This document shows, one piece after another, positions 1-7,292 of a stretch of 17,622 nt of DNA. The stretch is taken from NCBI GenBank assembly GCA_964549075.1, contig CAZJUB010000002.1, positions 1-17,622 on the forward strand, given 5' to 3'. Made by a program: the position numbers and the translations under genes. Under the pieces are notes generated by a model. The model was not told where the DNA came from. It did not search any database and saw only the letters and a program-made list of their open reading frames with translations. Position 1 is the stretch's first letter; the number at the start of each line of letters is the position of its first letter. The DNA is from an uncultured archaeon. Its GTDB lineage: Archaea; Asgardarchaeota; Heimdallarchaeia; Heimdallarchaeales; Heimdallarchaeaceae.

Positions 1-512
1 TTCTAATGATAGTACAATAGAATATTCTTCTGTTCCTAAAAATTGGGGAAAAACTTTTCTCCGATATTGGGAGTATCTGCCTGCACTCTTCTGGTCTCTT
101 TCAGGGGTAGAACTTTTGATAGTTGTCTATATATTAGTGAGAAATTATCTGAAAGAGAGCAGATAAATTCCCTCTATGATGTAGAGAAAGTATCTGGAAA
201 AATCTTGAAAATATCCTTGTTCTTGGTAATGAAAGAGGAAATGAAATCAACATAGTTTGAAATTTCAGATTGAGTTATTTGTGTTGAATCTGTGATAATC
301 TCATAGGTTAAAGCTGAGGATTTTCTAAGGAGTTGAGCAAAGTGCTTATCCACAGTATAGAAAATAGCTGTGGCGAAAGTATAAGGAGGGTACTGTTTAC
401 GCTTTGCTGTAGGTATCTTCTGAAGTAGTTTATCACTAATCACAAGAAGAAGATTCTTATATGTTTGGATCTTCATATTGTATTTATTTAACACTCGTAC
501 TCGTACCTTCAA
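1..512 (-). pseudogene. Possible degraded gene of unknown function
   Basis: 112-aa ORF (174-512, likely start MKIQTYKN). The same frame stays open for about 45 codons past the TAG at 174-176, to a TAG at 36-38. A protein-like tail (QFLGTEEYSIVLSLE) lies in a shifted frame at the window edge. No family recognised. Confidence 0.3.
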
Positions 513-674
513 ACTGGAACTGATAAGAGAAAGAATAGTTGGAAAATAATCTTCACTTTCTAGAAAAACTGTTTTAATCTACAACAAAAAGTTAGTATAA
601 GCCGTATTCAGTACATTCTTAAAAATAAAAAGAAAGACTTAGTAACACAAATTTCAAAACTTGAATCTGGAGGT

Positions 675-1439
675 TTGGATAAAAACGAAAAAGAAAAAGG
701 CATGATTATTGCAGAATTCTTTAAGTTATTGGGGTATGAAACACTGTGCATAGATGAATTAAAGGAAGAAACTTTCCCTAAATTAAACAATATACAAGAT
801 GTTGATGTTGTAGCCTTTTCTTTTTCCACACAATCTCTTGTACTTATTGAACAAAAGAGAAAATTTGAGAAAAAGGATTACTATAAACTCAAAACACTGC
901 CTTTTATACTAAAGGTCTTTCCTTCTCTTGGAAAAGAACAACAATGGTTTGTTTCTTATTTAATTCTTGGTAAATGTGATGATAGTATTAAGAAGGATTT
1001 TACAATTATGGAAAAAGACATCAAACTCATTTTCTGGGAATTAGAGGAATTTATAAACAAATTTAGATATTTCTTAAATTTAGAATCTAAGGATTTTATA
1101 TCTCCTCAGCCCAACAAAAGAAAAATTGAAGATGTAATTGATAAAGAAACAGGAACAGAGCGAGGTATAACTGTTGAGTTAATCGATGAGAGTTACACCT
1201 CCAAGTGCAGTTTCTTGGATAATGAGCTGCCTCATAAACATTCAACTTATGTTGGTAAAAGAATCAAGCGAGGATTGTTCCGCTCTCATCAAGGGTATTT
1301 GATTAATGCTGATGTGAATGCAGCTTATAACATCCTCCTTAAAAGCGATCCGCAAGTACTTCCTCCTAGAAGTGTGGGCGGGGTAGGAGGGTATGTGATG
1401 TACCCTCTTAGAGTGAGCTATCAAGCAATGATACTCTAA
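675..1439 (+). CDS. Chimeric ORF: N-terminal restriction-endonuclease-fold (Mrr-like PD-(D/E)xK) domain fused to a TnpB C-terminal fragment
   Basis: N-part: IIAEFFKLLGYET ... QDVDVVAF ... LVLIEQKRK (D...ExK pattern). C-part from 1158: ERGITVELIDESYTSKCS ... GKRIKRGLFRS ... INADVNAAYNIL. The start is uncertain because the frame is open from 564. Confidence 0.6.
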   Translation: MDKNEKEKGMIIAEFFKLLGYETLCIDELKEETFPKLNNIQDVDVVAFSFSTQSLVLIEQKRKFEKKDYYKLKTLPFILKVFPSLGKEQQWFVSYLILGKCDDSIKKDFTIMEKDIKLIFWELEEFINKFRYFLNLESKDFISPQPNKRKIEDVIDKETGTERGITVELIDESYTSKCSFLDNELPHKHSTYVGKRIKRGLFRSHQGYLINADVNAAYNILLKSDPQVLPPRSVGGVGGYVMYPLRVSYQAMIL

Positions 1440-1441
1440 GA
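1158..1441 (+). mobile_element. tnpB: IS200/IS605-family (IS1341-type) tnpB 3' remnant
   Basis: RuvC-II (DESYTSK) and RuvC-III (NADVNAAYNI) motifs with the GKRIKRGLF linker. RuvC-I and the N-terminal domains are absent. Locally more GC-rich than the upstream half of the ORF. Confidence 0.85.
1350..1441 (+). ncRNA. Putative omegaRNA/sotRNA scaffold remnant overlapping the tnpB 3' end
   Basis: Three consecutive inverted repeats: CCGC..ACTTC-ctccta-GAAGT..GCGG (1350-1381), GAGGGTA/TACCCTC (1387-1407), TCTTAGAGT/ACTCTAAGA (1406-1441). Position is where TnpB-associated RNAs lie. Confidence 0.45.
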
Positions 1442-1482
1442 AAGACAAAGTTAATTACACAGTTATACAATGTCATATCATC

Positions 1483-2163
1483 ATGCCAGAAATTAGTTAT
1501 CCAATAATAATATTGAACTATAAAAATTATGAACAAACTATTGGTGAAAAAGGCTTGAATCTATCTAAAATTGCAGAAAAGGTAGCAGAGGAGACAGGTG
1601 TAGCAGTTGCTGTTTGTCCTCAAACAATTGATATCGGATTAATTTCTCAAGAAGTGAACATACCTGTTCTAGCACAACATGTTGATGCAAATGATTCTGG
1701 AAGCTTTACTGGGAACAATTTGATAGAAGCGATAAAAGAAGCAGGTGCAACAGGGTCTCTAGTTAATCATTCTGAACATCGTCTAAAACTAGCTGATATC
1801 GAAAAAATAATTGAAAAATCTAGAAAACTAGATTTCTATACTTGTGTTTGTTCAAATAATATTCAAACTAGTAAAGCTATATCTTCTTTAGAACCAAATG
1901 CATGTGCGATGGAACCACCTGAACTAATTGGAAGTGGGGTTTCAGTAACCACAAAACCCGAATTAGTAAAACAAACACTATCGACTATTAGAGCGATGAG
2001 TGATAAAGTGCAACCTCTTGTTGGAGCAGGTGTTACAACTTCAGAAGATGTTGTTGAAGCTATTCAAATGGGAGCTCGAGGAGTACTGTTAGCATCAGGA
2101 TTTGTAAAAGCAAAAAATCCTAGTAGTGTCTTAGAAGAAATGGCACAAGCTTTGATAAGATAA
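1483..2163 (+). CDS. tpiA: Triosephosphate isomerase, archaeal type
   Basis: 226 aa. Motifs ILNYKNY (catalytic Lys), AQHVD, VNHSEHR (His), MEPPELIG (Glu), GVLLASGFVKA. Confidence 0.96.
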   Translation: MPEISYPIIILNYKNYEQTIGEKGLNLSKIAEKVAEETGVAVAVCPQTIDIGLISQEVNIPVLAQHVDANDSGSFTGNNLIEAIKEAGATGSLVNHSEHRLKLADIEKIIEKSRKLDFYTCVCSNNIQTSKAISSLEPNACAMEPPELIGSGVSVTTKPELVKQTLSTIRAMSDKVQPLVGAGVTTSEDVVEAIQMGARGVLLASGFVKAKNPSSVLEEMAQALIR

Positions 2164-2179
2164 AAGAAAAAGCATTTTA

Positions 2180-2656
2180 CTATAATCTTTTCCACATAAT
2201 TTTATCACCTTGCTGGATTCTTGAAAGGATTCCTGCTTCTTCCATTTGTTCCAAAGACTTGGTGAATTCTTCTTTTGAAATTGGTGGGCTTCCTTGTTTT
2301 AAAGCTGCGAATTGACATGCAGCAAAAATAGCATCTTCAAACATAAATTTTGATGAGCTGTAAGATTCAATTATGAGATCTTTATTAGGTATTTGAACTG
2401 TTGCTGCGACTGGTTTTGTTTCAGTCTTCACTGGTTGAGCTGTACCTGCAGGTGCTTTAACCTTTGTACCGATTAATTCAGAAATTAAAGCACTCAGACT
2501 CTTTCCTTTGTATTGCTCACCAAAACCGTATAGTTCTGCTAACCAATAAACCGCATGTTTCACAAAAGCTTCTGATGATTCGAAGTTCCCATCATCTACA
2601 AGTTCTTGTATATACTCATTTAGTTTATCTGAAATATTTATTTCAAGAGGGTTCAT
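2180..2656 (-). CDS. Ribbon-helix-helix domain protein with low-complexity linker and putative C-terminal winged helix
   Basis: N-term LEINISDKLNEYIQELVDDGNFESSEAFVKHAV fits the CopG/ParD-like RHH pattern. A/P/T/K-rich linker. C-term ISKEEFTKSLEQMEEAGILSRIQQGDKIMW. Upstream SD-like GAAGGTG. Confidence 0.6.
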   Translation of the reverse strand: MNPLEINISDKLNEYIQELVDDGNFESSEAFVKHAVYWLAELYGFGEQYKGKSLSALISELIGTKVKAPAGTAQPVKTETKPVAATVQIPNKDLIIESYSSSKFMFEDAIFAACQFAALKQGSPPISKEEFTKSLEQMEEAGILSRIQQGDKIMWKRL

Positions 2657-2704
2657 TTATGCAACACCTTCATCTTATTTACGAAAGCTAATTCTTCAAC
2701 TATG

Positions 2705-2719
2705 ATTTAAACCTTTGTT
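2705..2719 (-). promoter_or_regulatory. Putative BRE/TATA promoter of the RHH gene
   Basis: Minus strand AACAAAGG-TTTAAAT, about 50 nt upstream of the ATG at 2656. Confidence 0.5.
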
Positions 2720-2759
2720 CATAGGTTAGAGAAGTCTTAAAATAAGTTGAGAAATAATA

Positions 2760-2829
2760 AGGCGTCCTATGAGTTTTTCTATCATGTGTGTGAAGGCACA
2801 TCTAAGCCGTCTCAATCAGTCATTCGCCT
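2760..2829. ncRNA. Candidate small structured RNA or miniature palindromic element
   Basis: 70-nt island with 32/70 G+C in AT-rich intergenic DNA. Nested stems AGGCG/CGCCT, TGAG/CTCA, ATGTG/CACAT. TATA-like boxes about 20-25 nt outside both ends. Confidence 0.35.
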
Positions 2830-2851
2830 ACTTCTAGTCAAGATAATTGAA

Positions 2852-2866
2852 GTTTAAAGTTTTCTA
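2852..2866 (-). promoter_or_regulatory. Putative BRE/TATA promoter
   Basis: Minus strand TAGAAAAC-TTTAAA (TTTAAA at 2853-2858), 24 nt from the start of the 2760-2829 stem. Confidence 0.45.
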
Positions 2867-2881
2867 TTAGAAAAGGAAGGA

Positions 2882-3052
2882 TTAAGGAGAGACTTTACGA
2901 CCTCTTTTGTAAATTGTATATCCACACTTACCACAAGTTTGTCTATCAGGATGTTCAGCCATATATACAGCGTCTCCACACCTTTCACAAACTTTCTTTA
3001 CTCTTTTCAATTTATTGCCTTCAATTTTGTACTTTTTGTATGTTTCGCTCAT
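2882..3052 (-). CDS. rps27ae: 30S ribosomal protein S27ae (eS31), absent from the ORF track
   Basis: Manual translation, 56 aa: MSETYKKYKIEGNKLKRVKKVCERCGDAVYMAEHPDRQTCGKCGYTIYKRGRKVSP. CxxC..CGKCGYT zinc ribbon, SD AGGTGA, directly follows rps24e. Confidence 0.96.
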   Translation of the reverse strand: MSETYKKYKIEGNKLKRVKKVCERCGDAVYMAEHPDRQTCGKCGYTIYKRGRKVSP

Positions 3053-3064
3053 CTTTTCACCTGT

Positions 3065-3361
3065 TTATTCTTTCTTCTCTTCATTAAGTCCAGATCTTTT
3101 TAACAAATGTTCTTTTTCAATCAATCTAGCTCTTTCTGAGCTTTCATAAGCGTGAATAATAGCATTGCTTATACCAACTCCATATTGAGCTTCCATTTTG
3201 ATTAAGACAACTTGATTTCTGTCTTTATTAACTTGAGCAGCAATTTTAGATAAAACTGAATCTCTTGTTGGAACTGATTCTCCTTGATGCTTAATTTCTA
3301 CTTCATATTCTACTCTTTCAAGAAGTTTATTTTCAGTTTTGTTAATGATTGTAATTTCCAT
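3065..3361 (-). CDS. rps24e: 30S ribosomal protein S24e
   Basis: ENKLLERVE..IKHQGESVPTRDSV..YGVGISNAIIHAYES. Conserved neighbourhood. Confidence 0.95.
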   Translation of the reverse strand: MEITIINKTENKLLERVEYEVEIKHQGESVPTRDSVLSKIAAQVNKDRNQVVLIKMEAQYGVGISNAIIHAYESSERARLIEKEHLLKRSGLNEEKKE

Positions 3362-3902
3362 TGATCTTCACCATTTTTTGAATTAATTTTTGAATTTTTG
3401 TTTTTATTTTTCTTGTAACTGTAACGCTTACTAATCCTTCATTTGGTTGTCCATATAAGACTTTTGAATTATAAGGTGTTTCACTTATTACTGGAAGCAC
3501 CAGCAAATCCTCTTCTCCGGATATTTTTATAATGATTTTGTTATCATCGATTTTTAGTGCTTGATTAATGGCATTCCATGCTTGAAACGTTATAACACCA
3601 GCTGGATTTGTCACTTCTATAATTTGAAAATGCGATAAATCAACAATTTGTGATTGTTTTCTTTGAACAAAATCGTCTATTATAGCCAAATCTGGTATGA
3701 GTGAGTTTTTTAATAAGGTTTGAGTACTTACATCTCCTACTGTTATAATTTTTGGTATAGATTTATCTTCTTTTAATTGAGCTATTAAGGAAAAAACTTC
3801 AGATTCAGTTCGATATAATGCATCTAAAGGTTTCTTAAAATACTTCCTTTCACTTTCAGGAAGAGAAAAATATCCAATTTCAGACGTATCCAAAGATTTC
3901 AT
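3342..3902 (-). CDS. DUF359 family, GTP-dependent dephospho-CoA kinase
   Basis: ITVGDVST, PDLAIID, NPAGVIT, GEEDLLVLP, LYGQPNEGLV. Lies between spt4 and rps24e as usual. Confidence 0.9.
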   Translation of the reverse strand: MKSLDTSEIGYFSLPESERKYFKKPLDALYRTESEVFSLIAQLKEDKSIPKIITVGDVSTQTLLKNSLIPDLAIIDDFVQRKQSQIVDLSHFQIIEVTNPAGVITFQAWNAINQALKIDDNKIIIKISGEEDLLVLPVISETPYNSKVLYGQPNEGLVSVTVTRKIKTKIQKLIQKMVKINGNYNH

Positions 3903-4087
3903 CGGACTCGTAAAGCATAATGCCCAGTTTTGCTTATTTTCATTCTTTTGGCAACATCGCTTTCTTCTGGATCTAGGATAAAAACTTCTCCAGTGTATTC
4001 AGAAGAAAGATCTTGTGTTTTACAGTTTGAGCATATACTGGCAGTTTTTTCATGAATTAAATGACAAACTCTGCATGCCTTAGACAT
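3899..4087 (-). CDS. spt4: Transcription elongation factor Spt4 (RpoE'')
   Basis: KACRVCHLI..ICSNC..GEVFILDPEESDVAKRMKI..GHYALRVR. Confidence 0.95.
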   Translation of the reverse strand: MSKACRVCHLIHEKTASICSNCKTQDLSSEYTGEVFILDPEESDVAKRMKISKTGHYALRVR

Positions 4088-4088
4088 T

Positions 4089-4664
4089 TTATGAAGCCTC
4101 CTCTGCAGCCTTAGAAGAAACTTTTGTTCCTTTCTTCCATTCTTCTATCCAATCAAGAGCACCAAGAGCATCTTGTCGCATAGTAAGACCAACACGTATA
4201 GCTGTTTTGCCTATACTTACAGCGATTACTCTTGCTCTAACTTTAGTATTAATGAGTAAATCACGTTTGGATTTATCACCTCTAAGTAAAGCATTTTTTG
4301 GTACGTATCTGAAGTAATCATCGGCGATTTGTGAAACATGACAGAGAGCATCAATTGTTCCAATTCTGATAAATGCGCCAAAATCAACACACTCTACTAC
4401 TTCACCAGATACTATCTCATCTATCTCTGGCAAATAACATAGTAGACCAAAATCGGTTTCATAATATGCACCACCATCTCCTGAAATGAGTTTTCCTTGG
4501 TAAATTTTATTAATTTCAGTTACAGCAACGATAAAACCCAAGTCTGGATCAATCTTTCCTTCAAAGCTTTCTCTAGCAATTTCTGCTAATACATGCGAAA
4601 GACCTTCATCAAACCTATTAGGGGGAACACGAAGTGTATCTTTTACTTTAACAGCATAATACAA
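4089..4664 (-). CDS. rpoE1: DNA-directed RNA polymerase subunit Rpo7 (RpoE')
   Basis: DTLRVPPNRF, GDGGAYY, S1 domain DFGAFIRIGTIDALCHVSQIADD, VGLTMRQDALGALDWI. TTG start. Confidence 0.96.
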   Translation of the reverse strand: MYYAVKVKDTLRVPPNRFDEGLSHVLAEIARESFEGKIDPDLGFIVAVTEINKIYQGKLISGDGGAYYETDFGLLCYLPEIDEIVSGEVVECVDFGAFIRIGTIDALCHVSQIADDYFRYVPKNALLRGDKSKRDLLINTKVRARVIAVSIGKTAIRVGLTMRQDALGALDWIEEWKKGTKVSSKAAEEAS

Positions 4665-4929
4665 GATAAGGTCATCTCTCTTTCTTCTTCAATGCTGGTT
4701 CATTACCATTATTTTTAAAGATACTTATATCAAATATTTTTGTCTTTTGCCATTACATTACATTTTAAACTAGATTGTAAAGTATTTTTTTTAACTGAAA
4801 AACGCGATTTATTGAAACGTAAAGTTTTTGATATATTAATATAGGATAAAAATTGTGTTTAATGAATAACCATTAATACACTTAGAAAAAAGACAAAATA
4901 GAAAGAACACCATTATTGAGGAAAAATTA
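4665..4929. promoter_or_regulatory. Divergent promoter region rpoE1 / eif2g
   Basis: 265-bp very AT-rich spacer between head-to-head genes, with several TATA-like words (e.g. minus-strand CTTTAAAAA near 4712-4720). Exact boxes not assignable. Confidence 0.6.
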
Positions 4930-6201
4930 ATGAGTGAAGAAAAATCTCCTGAAAAAAAAGAAGAAAAAATAGTAAGACAGCCTGTTGTTAACATTGGTAC
5001 AATTGGTCATGTAGATAATGGTAAATCTACACTAGTACAAGCGCTCACTGGCAAATTTCCAGACGATCATTCAGAGGAGCTAAAACGAGGTATTTCTATC
5101 CGATTAGGCTATGCTGATACCGATTTCCGTAAATGTCCGAAATGCCCAGAACCAGATGCTTATACAATTGAGAAGATTTGTCCCAAATGTGGAACACCTA
5201 CAGAATTTCTCAGGAGAGTTTCCTTTGTAGATTGCCCCGGACATGAAGTATTAATGGCAACTTTACTCTCTGGTGCAACACTTATGAACGGTGCAATATT
5301 GCTTGTTGCTGCAAATTCAAGATGCCCACAACCGCAAACAAGAGAACATCTTGCAGCAATGGAGATTCTTCAAATTCCAAACATAGTAATCGCTCAAAAT
5401 AAAATTGAATTAGTAACTGAAGAAGAAGCAAAGAGGAATTATGAAGAGATTAAAGCTTTCATCAAGGGAACAATAGCAGAAAATGCACCAATTATCCCGA
5501 TTAGTGCAATGCACAAAGCTAATCTAGATGTTTTAATCTGCGAAATTGAGAAGAATATTCCTACACCTAATTTTGATAAAGAAAGTCCTTTGGAAATGCA
5601 TGTTGCAAGATCATTTGATATAAATCGTCCAGGAACATCACCAGAAAGACTCAGAGGAGGAGCTCTTGGAGGAACAATAGTAAAAGGGAGGATTGCTAAA
5701 GGAGAAGACATAGAAATAGTACCTGGAATTGCAATTAAAAGGGGAAATAAAACCGTTTATACTCCAATCAAAACAAAAGCAATTAGTATAGCTATTGGAG
5801 AACAAGGACTTGTTGATGAAGCTCATTCTGGAGGATTGGTTTCAATAGGAACAGAATTAGATCCTGCATTTTTGAAAGCTGATAAAATGGCTGGTAACGT
5901 GGTTACATCACCAGATAACGCACCTCCAGTCCGAACAGAACTTTCTCTAACTGTCCGTCTTCTGGAATTTGTTGTAGGTTCAGAAGAAATTACGAAAGTA
6001 CAACCTTTAGCTCAAGGAGAAACTCTAATGTTAAATGTTGGAACTGCAAAAACAGCAGGTTCAATAACAGATATCAAAGGAGAAGATGTTACGATTAAGC
6101 TTAGTAGAGAAGTTGCAGCAAGCAATGGGAGTAAAGTAGCAATTTCAAGAAGAATTGCTGGACGCTTTCGTTTAATTGGTGTTGGTTCTATACAAGATTA
6201 G
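4930..6201 (+). CDS. eif2g: Translation initiation factor 2 subunit gamma (aIF2-gamma)
   Basis: QPVVNIGTIGHVDNGKST, HSEELKRGISIRLGY, CPKC..CPKC zinc ribbon, FVDCPGHE, QNKIE, VARSFDINRPG, AISRRIAGRFRLIG. Confidence 0.97.
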   Translation: MSEEKSPEKKEEKIVRQPVVNIGTIGHVDNGKSTLVQALTGKFPDDHSEELKRGISIRLGYADTDFRKCPKCPEPDAYTIEKICPKCGTPTEFLRRVSFVDCPGHEVLMATLLSGATLMNGAILLVAANSRCPQPQTREHLAAMEILQIPNIVIAQNKIELVTEEEAKRNYEEIKAFIKGTIAENAPIIPISAMHKANLDVLICEIEKNIPTPNFDKESPLEMHVARSFDINRPGTSPERLRGGALGGTIVKGRIAKGEDIEIVPGIAIKRGNKTVYTPIKTKAISIAIGEQGLVDEAHSGGLVSIGTELDPAFLKADKMAGNVVTSPDNAPPVRTELSLTVRLLEFVVGSEEITKVQPLAQGETLMLNVGTAKTAGSITDIKGEDVTIKLSREVAASNGSKVAISRRIAGRFRLIGVGSIQD

Positions 6202-6218
6202 ATAATGAGGAGGTTCTA

Positions 6219-6605
6219 ATGCTCATCATTCTTGATACAAGCATGTTAATGCTTCCTCTTGAGAAGAGAATTAATTTATCTTCAGAAATAGAGCGAATCA
6301 TACCTAAATCTCATAAAATCGTTGTTCCCAAAATTGTTTTAAAGGAATTAATTGAACTTCTAGAAAGTTCAAGCAGTGTAACTACAAGAAAAGCGAATTT
6401 TGCTCTTAATCTATCAAAAAATTTTACTATTATAGACTCTCAGGAAGAAATTCATACCGATGAGGAAATTATACGTTTAGCATTGGAACATAATGCTATT
6501 GTAGCGACCAATGATAAGAAACTAAGGTTAAGGCTTAGAGAGAAAGGAATTGCTGTTATTTCCATGCATGGAAAAAACAGATTATCACTTTTCGGATATA
6601 TTTAG
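6219..6605 (+). CDS. PIN-domain ribonuclease, Fcf1/Utp24-like rRNA-processing family
   Basis: IILDTS, VLKEL, TDEEI, VATNDKKLR acidic tetrad. SD GAGGAGG. Usual neighbour of eif2g. Confidence 0.88.
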   Translation: MLIILDTSMLMLPLEKRINLSSEIERIIPKSHKIVVPKIVLKELIELLESSSSVTTRKANFALNLSKNFTIIDSQEEIHTDEEIIRLALEHNAIVATNDKKLRLRLREKGIAVISMHGKNRLSLFGYI

Positions 6606-6701
6606 TGTATACATCATCACATATAGAAAATAATATATGGTTTTGAAATTGAGGTACAATTAACAATCTAATTATCTTGATTGAAAACTTAATGGGGTAA
6701 A

Positions 6702-7268
6702 ATGATGGAGATTATAAGTTTATTTCCAGAACTCAATGAAATTGAGCATGATGAATTACGAGAAAAAGTTGCTAAATCCCTTGAGAAAGCAATAAACTTA
6801 GGGGATTGGTCTGATGAAGACTTCAAATATTTACCAGCTACATTGTTAATTCCCAAATTAATATCAGAAAACCAAGAAGCACAAATTACTTTAGTAGATC
6901 ATATTAGAGCTGTTACTCAAATGTGTATTGCCACCTATGAGACATATTCAAATCTAGGTTTAGGAGATAAGTTAAACAGAGATGAATTAATTGCTGGTGC
7001 TTTGCTTCATGATGTTGGTAAGTTCACAGAATATAGAAAAGATTCATCCGGAAAAATTATTCAAACTTTTGAAGGGAAGCGAATTCGTCATCCAGCTATG
7101 GGATTAGAAATTGTTGCAGAATTTAACCTTCCAATTATTGTAAGACAAGCGATTGTTTTTCACAGTAAAGAAGGTGATAAGATTGATAGATTACCAGAAG
7201 TAGATATAATTCATCGCGTTGATTTCCTTTGCTTTTCCCCCATACAGAAAATGTTTGAAGAAAATTGA
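6702..7268 (+). CDS. HD-superfamily (HDIG-type) metal-dependent phosphohydrolase
   Basis: LVDHIRAV ... GALLHDVGK ... IRHPAMG ... IVFHS ... HRVDF (H..HD..H..H..D). Confidence 0.88.
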   Translation: MMEIISLFPELNEIEHDELREKVAKSLEKAINLGDWSDEDFKYLPATLLIPKLISENQEAQITLVDHIRAVTQMCIATYETYSNLGLGDKLNRDELIAGALLHDVGKFTEYRKDSSGKIIQTFEGKRIRHPAMGLEIVAEFNLPIIVRQAIVFHSKEGDKIDRLPEVDIIHRVDFLCFSPIQKMFEEN

Positions 7269-7292
7269 AGTAGATAGTAAAAGGTGTACATA

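Noticed and set aside
1158-1439. Active TnpB/Cas12f nuclease
   Set aside because: RuvC-I aspartate and the entire N-terminal lobe are missing. No tnpA or CRISPR array nearby.
43-1448. Short ORFs 43-255 (+), 608-829 (-), 1242-1448 (-)
   Set aside because: Antisense shadows of better-supported frames, with no recognisable motifs.
2760-2829. tRNA or SECIS element
   Set aside because: No TTC T-loop or cloverleaf. AUGA words are present but there is no convincing SECIS helix and no in-frame UGA selenoprotein candidate nearby.
6219-6605. VapC toxin of a toxin-antitoxin pair
   Set aside because: No adjacent antitoxin. Position after eif2g matches the housekeeping Fcf1-like PIN gene.
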